From Oceanispirochaeta sp. (GTDB taxonomy: Bacteria; Spirochaetota; Spirochaetia; DSM-2461), in contig CAXXXD010000002.1 of NCBI GenBank assembly GCA_963663385.2, positions 160,001 to 224,000 of the forward strand: DNA of 64,000 nucleotides, given 5' to 3'. A program made the translations under genes and the position numbers. Position 1 is the stretch's first letter. Each line of letters starts with the position of its first letter. Below the pieces are notes generated by a model, which saw only the letters and a program-made list of their open reading frames with translations, did no database searches and was not told the origin of the DNA. Positions 18,773 to 27,439 of this stretch are shown here, one piece after another.

Positions 18773-19658
18773 TCTTGTAAGGAAGGAGATAAAGCGCAGC
18801 ACAGGAATCAGCCGGGCTGTTATGATGGAACATACCCTCTTCTCTCTACCTCTGGCCCTTTGCGCGCTCCTGATGGAAAGCCGTGGAAAACCGCACGGAC
18901 GGGTTGTTCTCTGGATTCTTCTGGCGGTATTCGGCGCGAGAAACGCCGCCAATGCCCTGAACCGTTTAATTGACCGTAAAATCGATGCGGATAATCCGCG
19001 GACTGCGGAACGGGATCTCCCCTCAGGCAGGGTAAAGGCCCGTGATCTGTGGATTTTTACTGTTCTCTGCGGGGGACTTTTCCTGCTTGCCGCCTGGCAG
19101 CTTAATCCGCTATGTCTGTTTCTCGTTCCCGTAGCCGTCGTTCTGATAGGCGGTTACTCCTTTACCAAACGGTTTACCTGGCTCTGTCATTACTGGCTGG
19201 GGATTACCTGTTCCGCCGCGGTTATGGGGAGTTTTCTGGCTCTGAGCGGTCGGTTCGAACTCCGGTATTTCCCCCTTACCGCTGCAGCTGCTCTGTGGAT
19301 TGCCGGGTTTGATATTATCTATGCTCTGCAGGATCTGGAGCATGACAGGAGGGCGGGGATTCACTCGGTTCCGGCACGGTTCGGCAGAAAGGGAGCCCTT
19401 ATTCTGGCTGGTCTCAGTCATCTGGGGACCTTGTTCTTATTCATCATGAATATTTATTTCTTTCCCCTTGGTTTCTGGCATATTCTGGGAATCTCTGCTG
19501 CTGCCCTGCTGCTGGCGGCGGAGCATCTTCTGGCCTGGAAGGGGGGCGTCCGATGGATTCCTCTTGCTTCCTATCACCTGAATCAGATCCTCTCCCCCCT
19601 GTTCCTGTTTTTTACTCTATTGGATATCTATCTGCCGGGAGGTATGTATGGCAGCTGA
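18765..19658 (+). CDS. ubiA: UbiA-family aromatic prenyltransferase (MqnP type)
   Basis: EHTLFSLP, NRLIDRKIDADNPRTAERDLPSG, FDIIYALQDLEHD. Confidence 0.9.
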   Translation: MIDLVRKEIKRSTGISRAVMMEHTLFSLPLALCALLMESRGKPHGRVVLWILLAVFGARNAANALNRLIDRKIDADNPRTAERDLPSGRVKARDLWIFTVLCGGLFLLAAWQLNPLCLFLVPVAVVLIGGYSFTKRFTWLCHYWLGITCSAAVMGSFLALSGRFELRYFPLTAAAALWIAGFDIIYALQDLEHDRRAGIHSVPARFGRKGALILAGLSHLGTLFLFIMNIYFFPLGFWHILGISAAALLLAAEHLLAWKGGVRWIPLASYHLNQILSPLFLFFTLLDIYLPGGMYGS

Positions 19659-20250
19659 TAAGAACCCGTTGGTTCTGGCCGTCAGCGGGGCAAGCGGGGC
19701 AGCTTACGCCCTGTCCCTGGCCGGCAAGTTAGTCGATCTGGGTATCCCTCTTCATCTGCTGATCAGTCCTGTTGCAGAAAATATTATCCTTCAGGAAACC
19801 GGCCGCCGTTCTGCCGACTGGGTTCGGGATCTGTCCAAGGCCGGGGATGTCCTGCTGGAAGACACGCAGAATTTTGCCGCGTCCATATCCAGCGGATCCT
19901 ATAAAACCAGGGGAATGATTATCGCACCCTGCAGCATGGGAACTCTTGGACGCATTGCCGGAGGCATTTCCGCCAATCTGATTGACCGGGCGGCGGATGT
20001 CTGTCTGAAGGAACGGCGAAGGCTCCTGCTTCTTGCCAGGGAAACGCCTCTTTCAATTATTCATCTGGAAAATATGCTGAAACTCACCAGGGCGGGGGCT
20101 GTTGTAATGCCCCCTGTTCCGGCTCTGTATACTTCACCTTCTTCCATTCAGGAAATGATCGATCAGACTGCAGATCGTGTACTGGATCTGTTTGATCTCG
20201 CCCCTCCCGGAGCTTTCCGCTGGAGTGATGGAGCTGCCGGGGATGATTGA
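19648..20250 (+). CDS. ubiX: UbiX flavin prenyltransferase
   Basis: SGASGAAY, SSGS, APCSMGTL, RAADVCLKERR, RETPL. Confidence 0.95.
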   Translation: MAADKNPLVLAVSGASGAAYALSLAGKLVDLGIPLHLLISPVAENIILQETGRRSADWVRDLSKAGDVLLEDTQNFAASISSGSYKTRGMIIAPCSMGTLGRIAGGISANLIDRAADVCLKERRRLLLLARETPLSIIHLENMLKLTRAGAVVMPPVPALYTSPSSIQEMIDQTADRVLDLFDLAPPGAFRWSDGAAGDD

Positions 20251-20995
20251 GTTTCGGGATCTGAACTTTTCCTATAGGGAAGGCGAGCCCGTTATTCATG
20301 ACCTGGACGGTCATTGGGAAAAGGGTCGGGTTCATGCTCTGATAGGCCCTTCGGGCTGTGGAAAATCAACCCTTCTGTACCTGATGGCCGGACTGATCCA
20401 GCCGCTGAGCGGATCCATTTCCGTTAAAGGGAGTAATCCCCGGCCGGGACGGAAGGAGACTGCTGTTATTCTGCAGAACCACGGTCTCTTTCCCTGGAAG
20501 ACCGCGTCTGCCAATCTGGCTCTGGGATTGAATATCCGCCGTGAAAGTAAAAGTACCCTGCAGGAGAAGGTAGACCGGATGCTGAAGGAGATGGGGCTGG
20601 AGGGAAAAGCCTCCTCTTATCCGGGAGAGCTTTCCGGGGGCGAACGGCAGCGTCTGGCTATCGGACGAGCTCTGATTCTGGAGCCGGATCTGCTGCTGTT
20701 GGATGAACCTTTTTCGGCTCTGGATGCCATGACCCGGGAACAGCTGCAGGACCGGCTCTGGCAGCTGAAACATAAGGACGAATCTGCCTCGAACCTGACA
20801 GTGATTCTGGTGACACACAGCATTGAAGAAGCTGTATTTCTCAGTGACAGGATACACATTATGGACGTTGAGGGCAATGTTCAAACAATGAGCAGTAAGA
20901 GTTATGGACCTGGCTCCCGCTTGAGCAGGGAGTATTTTGATAATTGTGTCAATCTGCGGCGGATATTTGAAGAGCATGCGGGGAGGATTCTGTGA
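20243..20995 (+). CDS. ABC transporter ATP-binding protein (SsuB/TauB type)
   Basis: GPSGCGKST, LSGGERQR, LLDEPFSALD, VTHSIEEAV. ATG at 20243 overlaps the ubiX end. Confidence 0.92.
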   Translation: MIEFRDLNFSYREGEPVIHDLDGHWEKGRVHALIGPSGCGKSTLLYLMAGLIQPLSGSISVKGSNPRPGRKETAVILQNHGLFPWKTASANLALGLNIRRESKSTLQEKVDRMLKEMGLEGKASSYPGELSGGERQRLAIGRALILEPDLLLLDEPFSALDAMTREQLQDRLWQLKHKDESASNLTVILVTHSIEEAVFLSDRIHIMDVEGNVQTMSSKSYGPGSRLSREYFDNCVNLRRIFEEHAGRIL

Positions 20996-21717
20996 AAAAG
21001 ATGATTCCCCCTCTTGTTATTCTGACGTTTCTCTGGCGGGCTGCCTCACTTCTGCTGAAGGCCCCCTTCTTTCCCACACCCGAGAAGGTTTTCATCGAAA
21101 TGATCAGCCAGTTCCGTATGGGACTGCTGGGGCCTCATCTGGGTATCTCTCTGCTGCGTGTTCTGACAGCGCTGGCAGCTGCCTTTATTCCGGCTCTCCT
21201 TCTGGGAATCTGGGCCGGCCGCAATGACAGGGCAGACCGTTTGATCAGTCCGTCCGTCTATGTCCTGTTTCCCGTCCCGAAAGTAGCTCTGCTGCCGATT
21301 ATCCTGCTGTTTCTCGGCCTGGGGAATGCATCCAAAATCTTCTTTGTGGCTCTGATCGTTTTCTTTCAGTTCTATCTGAATATCCGGGATGAATGCAACC
21401 AGATCAGCTCCCGCTATTTTGACTCTCTCACCACCCTGGGCGGGGGGCGGATGGATCAGCTGAAGCATATTATTCTTCCCGCCCTGCTGCCGCGGATATT
21501 CTCCTCCCTGCGCATGACCCTGGGTACAGCCATTGCCGTACTGTTTCTGGCCGAAACTTTTGCCACCAGACAGGGTATCGGCTGGTATATTATGGACGCC
21601 TGGTCCCGCATTGCCTATGTGGAGATGTATGCCGGAATTACCGCCCTGAGCCTGTCGGGTCTTCTGCTTTTTTCCCTTCTGGATATTCTGGAAAAACAGT
21701 ACTGTCCCTGGCAGTAA
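20992..21717 (+). CDS. ABC transporter permease (SsuC/TauC type)
   Basis: PVPKVALLP, ILPALLP, AETF...GIGWYI. Confidence 0.9.
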   Translation: MKKMIPPLVILTFLWRAASLLLKAPFFPTPEKVFIEMISQFRMGLLGPHLGISLLRVLTALAAAFIPALLLGIWAGRNDRADRLISPSVYVLFPVPKVALLPIILLFLGLGNASKIFFVALIVFFQFYLNIRDECNQISSRYFDSLTTLGGGRMDQLKHIILPALLPRIFSSLRMTLGTAIAVLFLAETFATRQGIGWYIMDAWSRIAYVEMYAGITALSLSGLLLFSLLDILEKQYCPWQ

Positions 21718-21838
21718 TTTCCCAACCCTTATTATTAATGTCCCCTTTTTTTTAATACTGCATACTCGATATAAGTTGAGAGTTTTTATTGCTGTTATGA
21801 GGATGAGTACTGTTTTCCCGAGTGATCGTAATATGCAT

Positions 21839-21866
21839 AAAAAAAGCCCAGCCGAAGCTGAGCTTT
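21839..21866 (-). terminator. Rho-independent terminator of the PFOR gene
   Basis: Minus strand AAAGCTCAGC-TTCG-GCTGGGCTTTTTTT. Confidence 0.8.
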
Positions 21867-21969
21867 ATATATGTAACAGAAGAGCAGCCCGAAGGATACT
21901 CTTCCGGTTCTCTGTGTAATTCGAGCCGCCCGGACCAAAGTTCAGGAGGCCTGTACATCAGAGGATGGA

Positions 21970-24900
21970 TTACATAATTTCTCCCATTTTCTTGAAGAAT
22001 TCCCATCTGTGCTTTGCATCGGCTTCTGCTTCGGCATAGAGTGCTTCGGCTTCGTCCGGTGCCGTTTTCATCAGAGCGGTGTATCTTCTTTCACTGCGGA
22101 TGAAGTCCTGGTAGCTTTCAGTGGGTTCTTTGCAGTCCCAGCTGAACTTCTTGCCTTCTTCCATAGTGGGGTTGTATCGGTACAGAGGCCAGTAACCGCA
22201 GTCAACGGCTCTTTTCTGCTCAACCTGAGTTTTCATCATGTTGATACCGTGAGCGATACAGGGCGCGTAAGCGAAAATGATGGAAGGTCCATCGTATGCT
22301 TCAGCTTCCATAATAGCCTTCTGAGCGTGATTCCTGTTGGCACCGAGAGCAATGGAGGCAACATAGCAGTAACCGTAGCTCATGGCCATAAGGCTCATGT
22401 TCTTTTTGCCCAGTCTCATACCGGCATTGGCAAACTTGGCAACAGCGGCAATCGGAGTAGCCTTGGAAGCCTGTCCTCCGGTGTTGGAGTATACCTCGGT
22501 GTCCACTACCAGGATGTTTACGTTTTTACCGGCAGCCAGTACGTGGTCCACACCTCCGAAACCGATGTCGTAAGCCCATCCGTCACCACCGATGATCCAT
22601 ACGGACTTATCAACGAAGTAGTCCTGCAGCTCAATGACCTTGGCCATGGTTTCGTCGCCGGCCGCATCCTTGGGCAGAGCAGCCTTAACAGCATCCTGAG
22701 CGTCAATGGCTTTCTGGGATTTATCTTCCCACAGTTCAAGAGAAGCTTTCAGGGCTGAAGTCAACTCGGGAGTAGTTCCGGCGGCCAGCAGCTCATCCAC
22801 TTTCTTTTTAAGCAGGGTTCTGTTGGAATCAACAGCCAGTCTCATACCGAAACCGTACTCTGCATTGTCTTCGAACAGTGAGTTACCCCAGGCGGGTCCT
22901 CTTCCCTGTTCGTTTTTGGTGTAGGGAATTGTGGGGAATGTTCCGCCGTAAATGGAGGAACATCCGGTAGCGTTGGCTGCAACCATGTTATGACCGCAGA
23001 TCTGGCTGACCAGCTTCACGTAGGGAGTTTCACCACATCCCGCACAGGCGCCGGAGAACTCGAACAGGGGTCTTCTGAACTGCATACCCTTAACATTCTC
23101 TTCGGAAGATCCGTCCAGAGCACCGTAGGGGAGGGGTTCAAAGAATTTTTCATTCTCATGCTCACCGGCTGCTCTTTCTTTCTCAAGAGTAGACCATGTA
23201 AGGGCTTTATCTTTTGCGGGACAGGTTTCGATACAGACACCGCATCCCTGACAGTCATCGGTATATACCTGAATTTTGTATTTGAGATCTGCTTCTTTAT
23301 CCTTGGAAGCTTTCAGATCGACAACGTTGAAGGTGTCGGGAGCACCGGCCAGATCGGCGGGTCTGATCTGCTTGGCTCTGATGGCTGCGTGGGGACAGGA
23401 CTGTACACACTGGTTACACTGGATACAGTTATCGGAGTTCCATGCGGGAACTCTGGGAGCAACACCGCGTTTTTCCAGTTTGGTAGTTCCTGTGGGGAGC
23501 ACACCGTCAAAGCTCATATGGCTTACGGGGATGTCATCACCTTTCTGGTGCATTACCTTTTCGATAATATTCTTTGTGAAATCATCGGCATCGGCGGGGA
23601 TCAGTCTTTCTGGTACGTAAGACTTGGTGATGGAAGAGGGAACGTCAACCTTGATCAGAGCCTCTCCGGCCTTGTCAACGGCGTTCCAGTTCATCTTGAC
23701 GATGTCTTCACCCTTTCTGCTGAAGGTTTTCTTGATGTAGGTCTTCATCAGGTCGATGGCCTGTTCTTCGGGCAGTACGCCGGAGATCTTGAAGAAGGCA
23801 GCCTGCAGAACAGTGTTGGTTCTGTTTCCCAGCCCCACTTCCTCTGCAATCTTGTAGGCGTTCATGGCGTAGAACTTAATCTTGCGGTCGATGATGATCT
23901 GCTGTTCCTCTTTGGTCAGGCTGGCGAAAATCTCGTCGGCGGGAGCTTCGGTGTTCAGCAGGAATACTCCGCCCTCTTTCAGGGGACCGAGCATGTCATA
24001 ACGACCGATATAGGCGGGGTTGGAACAGGCTACGAAGTCTGCCGCAACGATCAGCCAGGGCATGTTAACGGAAGATTTACCAAATCTCAGGTGAGAAGTG
24101 GTTACACCGCCGGACTTTTTGGAGTCATAGTTGAAGTAAGCCTGAGCGTTCATGTCGGTGTTGTCACCGATGATCTTGATGGAGTTTTTGTTGGCGCCTA
24201 CTGTACCGTCGGAACCGAGACCCCAGAACATTCCGCTGAAGGTGTCTGCGGGAGCAACATTGATCTGCTCTTTAACTTCGATGGATTTATTGGATACATC
24301 GTCTTTGATTCCAACGGTGAATCCGTGAAAACAGGCGCCGTCCAGGTGATCAAAGATGGCTTTAACATCGGAAGGAGTGAACTCTTTGGAAGACAGGCCG
24401 TAGCGTCCGCCGATGATCGTAATATCCTTGCCCTGCATAACAGTTACAACATCTTTGTACAGGGGCTCACCCAGAGAACCGGGTTCTTTGGTTCTGTCCA
24501 TAACGGCGATCTTCCTGCAGCTTGCGGGAAGAGCGTCGATAAATGCTTTGGCGCTGAAAGGTCTGTACAGTCTTACCTTGATGGCACCGACTTTTTCACC
24601 TCTGGCAACAAGGTAGTTGATGGCATGTTCGGCTGTATCGCAACCGGATCCCATGATGATGATTACCTTTTCAGCATCGGGAGCACCTACGTAATCAAAC
24701 AGGTGGTACTGACGTCCGATCTTGGCAGCCAGTTTGTCCATGTATTCCTGAACAATTTCGGGAACTGAATCGTAGATGTTATTGGTGGTTTCACGACCCT
24801 GGAAGTATACATCGGGGTTCTGTGCGGCTACCTTGACGATGGGAGCTTCAGGTCTCATCGCTCTGGAGCGGAAACGTTCAATGTATTCGGGTTCAATCAG

Positions 24901-25485
24901 TTCCTTGATGGTATCGTAGGAAACTTCTTCAACTTTCTGAATCTCGTGAGAGGTTCTGAATCCGTCAAAGAAAGACAGGAAGGGAACCTGGGTCTTCAGG
25001 GTTGCCAGGTGAGCTACAATAGCCATGTCCATGGTTTCCTGAATTGAGGAGGCGGCAGTCATGGCGAAGCCGGTGTTCAAACAGGACATAACGTCAGAAT
25101 GATCTCCGAAGATGGAGAGAGACTGAGCGGCCAGTGAACGGGCTGAAACATGGAAAACAGTCGGAATCATTTCACCGGCGATTTTGTGCATGTTGGGGAT
25201 CATCAGAAGAAGACCCTGAGATGCGGTAAAAGTCGTGGTCAATGCACCGGCGGAAAGAGCACCGTGAACGGCACCGGCTGCACCGGCTTCAGACTGCATT
25301 TCCATGACATCGACTTTTTTGCCGAAGACGTTTTCTCTGCCCTGGCTGGCCCAGGAGTCAGAATACTCACCCATGGGTGATGAGGGAGTAATGGGGAAAA
25401 TTGCGGCTACTTCACTGAAGGCATACGCTACATGTGCTGCGGCGGCATTTCCGTCAATGGTAACCATTTTCTTTTCATTTGACAT
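21970..25485 (-). CDS. nifJ: Pyruvate:ferredoxin (flavodoxin) oxidoreductase, homodimeric type
   Basis: FPITPSSPM, QSEAGAAG, two ferredoxin motifs (CIQCNQC, CQGCGVC), GACAGCGE, GGDGWAYDIG, DTEVYSNTGGQ. Confidence 0.97.
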   Translation of the reverse strand: MSNEKKMVTIDGNAAAAHVAYAFSEVAAIFPITPSSPMGEYSDSWASQGRENVFGKKVDVMEMQSEAGAAGAVHGALSAGALTTTFTASQGLLLMIPNMHKIAGEMIPTVFHVSARSLAAQSLSIFGDHSDVMSCLNTGFAMTAASSIQETMDMAIVAHLATLKTQVPFLSFFDGFRTSHEIQKVEEVSYDTIKELIEPEYIERFRSRAMRPEAPIVKVAAQNPDVYFQGRETTNNIYDSVPEIVQEYMDKLAAKIGRQYHLFDYVGAPDAEKVIIIMGSGCDTAEHAINYLVARGEKVGAIKVRLYRPFSAKAFIDALPASCRKIAVMDRTKEPGSLGEPLYKDVVTVMQGKDITIIGGRYGLSSKEFTPSDVKAIFDHLDGACFHGFTVGIKDDVSNKSIEVKEQINVAPADTFSGMFWGLGSDGTVGANKNSIKIIGDNTDMNAQAYFNYDSKKSGGVTTSHLRFGKSSVNMPWLIVAADFVACSNPAYIGRYDMLGPLKEGGVFLLNTEAPADEIFASLTKEEQQIIIDRKIKFYAMNAYKIAEEVGLGNRTNTVLQAAFFKISGVLPEEQAIDLMKTYIKKTFSRKGEDIVKMNWNAVDKAGEALIKVDVPSSITKSYVPERLIPADADDFTKNIIEKVMHQKGDDIPVSHMSFDGVLPTGTTKLEKRGVAPRVPAWNSDNCIQCNQCVQSCPHAAIRAKQIRPADLAGAPDTFNVVDLKASKDKEADLKYKIQVYTDDCQGCGVCIETCPAKDKALTWSTLEKERAAGEHENEKFFEPLPYGALDGSSEENVKGMQFRRPLFEFSGACAGCGETPYVKLVSQICGHNMVAANATGCSSIYGGTFPTIPYTKNEQGRGPAWGNSLFEDNAEYGFGMRLAVDSNRTLLKKKVDELLAAGTTPELTSALKASLELWEDKSQKAIDAQDAVKAALPKDAAGDETMAKVIELQDYFVDKSVWIIGGDGWAYDIGFGGVDHVLAAGKNVNILVVDTEVYSNTGGQASKATPIAAVAKFANAGMRLGKKNMSLMAMSYGYCYVASIALGANRNHAQKAIMEAEAYDGPSIIFAYAPCIAHGINMMKTQVEQKRAVDCGYWPLYRYNPTMEEGKKFSWDCKEPTESYQDFIRSERRYTALMKTAPDEAEALYAEAEADAKHRWEFFKKMGEIM

Positions 25486-25696
25486 ATGAGAAATCCCTTA
25501 TAAATTAGAATAGTTTTGACCCCAATATAATATAAGGAATGGGAGATAGGGGCAAGGGCCGGTTCTTACCCCATTCGTAAAATGGGTAGAGAAATATCGA
25601 CTTATTCGCAATTCTATGATGCAAAAAATCCAACATTGGAAAAATCACGGGATTTTCCACTCTGTGATTTTCAGTTCAGATTTCCGACTATTCCCT

Positions 25697-27277
25697 TTAA
25701 CGGTATAGAAGGCGCATATATTCCAGTCTGGCAAAATCCTCTAACAGGGATCTATCTATCTGTTCCGACCGGAAATCCCTTACGGGGACGGAGGGAGTAT
25801 CAAACGATGAGAGAATAGATTCGAATGCTCTTCCGTAGGACTCCATCCCATAGTTTTCATATAGACAGGCTTTCTGCTGATCCGGGGAGGGTTGTGTGAT
25901 GGAGGACAGTTTTTCAAGCAGTTCCGTATTTATCAACCGGCACTCTTCCCTATAGGACGGATCGGAGGCTATCTGTTCAAGAAACCTGTATTGATCCTCC
26001 GGAGAAAGATAGGAGAAGTCTATTCCTTCAGAATCAAGGAGACTGTCCAACTGTTCTCTCAATCGATTCTGAAGCCGAGACGGCATTTCCGTACTGACCG
26101 ATGCAAAACGGCTGGTGTATTCCCGCCTTAACGCTTCCTTCAGCCCCCTGTCGCCGGGGATACGAACAGTCTGGTATAAGAGGCTGGGGTAATGACTGAG
26201 GAGGGGAATAAAACCGCCCATAATATCCAGATGCCGGGCTATAAGGGGTTTATTCCAGACAATGGCATTCAGATACATATAGCCGAACCCTTCCTGAACG
26301 GATGAGGAGAATATACAGTCCGCCCCCTGAATCATATCTCTGTAAGTGATTCCCGACTCTTCCGGCAGAAGGCCGGTTCCCCAGAATCCCGGGATAAGTC
26401 CTTCGGCAAAAGCCTTTTCACTAAGATCCGAGTAGGGTTTCTCCTGAGGGGATATCCCCGGGAGTGTCACCACAAGGTTTACAGGATTCTCCATCAAGGC
26501 TGTAATAAAACCGCCCTCCAGCACGTTTTTTCTCCTGATAGAGCGGACCGGGTAGAGCCAGATTTTTCCGTTTTCATGAAACAGTCCTTTTTCCGGAAGG
26601 TAGTGAATCAGTTCTTTCTTTATCCGGGAACTGTTTTTTCCGGATGTATCCTTTTCTGAAGTATCAGTTTCGGGGAGAGGGTTTTCCAGGAGAAACAGCC
26701 TGTCTGAAGGAAGGCCGGCGTTGTTTAACAGATCGAAATCCCTTTTATTTATAACGCAATAGCGGACAGAATCCGACAGGGAATAGAGGGATCCCTCAAT
26801 ATGTTCCCTGAGAATCTTCAAGTTGGCAAAGCGGCCGCACTCCGGAAAATCATGAATCTGGAATATCATCTTCTGCTTTTCCTCTTCCGCCAGAGCAAGC
26901 AGGGCTTTTGTAAACTTCCAGTTTTTTCCAAGATGATAGTTATGAATCAGCCAGACGGTCTGTTCACCCCCGAACAGCCTGAGCAGGAGTTCTTTCAAAC
27001 CGGTTTCGGTCTGATCCGGGTCTCTTCCGGTTGTCAGGTAATCCAGTTCGCACATTATCCGTATGGACAGGGCGGTTCTGCTATCCGGAAAGGAGGAGCG
27101 AAGCTCATTCAGGTAATTATTCAGAGGAGCGATATTTTCATCCCTGCCGCATACCAGGGTAATGGACTGAAAGGCCGTTTTCCGGTAGAACGACTGGAGG
27201 GAAAGCCGGATGACATCTGTAACTCCCCCGGGGAGCAGATGATAGTGAAAAATGATCAGGTCCTGAAGCTGTTTCAT
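25697..27277 (-). CDS. GT-B glycosyltransferase-like protein (GT4-related)
   Basis: HYHLLPGGVTDVI, YPVRSIRRKN, SSVQEGFG motif. Confidence 0.55.
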   Translation of the reverse strand: MKQLQDLIIFHYHLLPGGVTDVIRLSLQSFYRKTAFQSITLVCGRDENIAPLNNYLNELRSSFPDSRTALSIRIMCELDYLTTGRDPDQTETGLKELLLRLFGGEQTVWLIHNYHLGKNWKFTKALLALAEEEKQKMIFQIHDFPECGRFANLKILREHIEGSLYSLSDSVRYCVINKRDFDLLNNAGLPSDRLFLLENPLPETDTSEKDTSGKNSSRIKKELIHYLPEKGLFHENGKIWLYPVRSIRRKNVLEGGFITALMENPVNLVVTLPGISPQEKPYSDLSEKAFAEGLIPGFWGTGLLPEESGITYRDMIQGADCIFSSSVQEGFGYMYLNAIVWNKPLIARHLDIMGGFIPLLSHYPSLLYQTVRIPGDRGLKEALRREYTSRFASVSTEMPSRLQNRLREQLDSLLDSEGIDFSYLSPEDQYRFLEQIASDPSYREECRLINTELLEKLSSITQPSPDQQKACLYENYGMESYGRAFESILSSFDTPSVPVRDFRSEQIDRSLLEDFARLEYMRLLYR

Positions 27278-27439
27278 CCTGGGGATCCTCCTGATTTGAA
27301 TAGTAAAGGAATATTCCTGCTAAAAGCAAGCTCTGTTTTATGGGGGAATCAGGTGTTGACAATTGTAAATCGTATAAATATCCGCTAATATGAGAGTTAT
27401 AAAAACCTTCCGGGTTTCAAGTTTAAAATAAGAGGAAGA

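Noticed and set aside
17726..18952. 408-aa minus-strand ORF antisense to ubiD; similar shadows at 16448-17410, 27730-28857, 49388-50467, 55182-56207 and 59167-60282
   Set aside because: They overlap confidently identified genes on the other strand and show no protein-family features.
22990..24768. 592-aa plus-strand ORF (and 22009-22758) antisense to PFOR
   Set aside because: Shadow ORFs caused by strong codon bias in a highly expressed gene; no motifs or SD.
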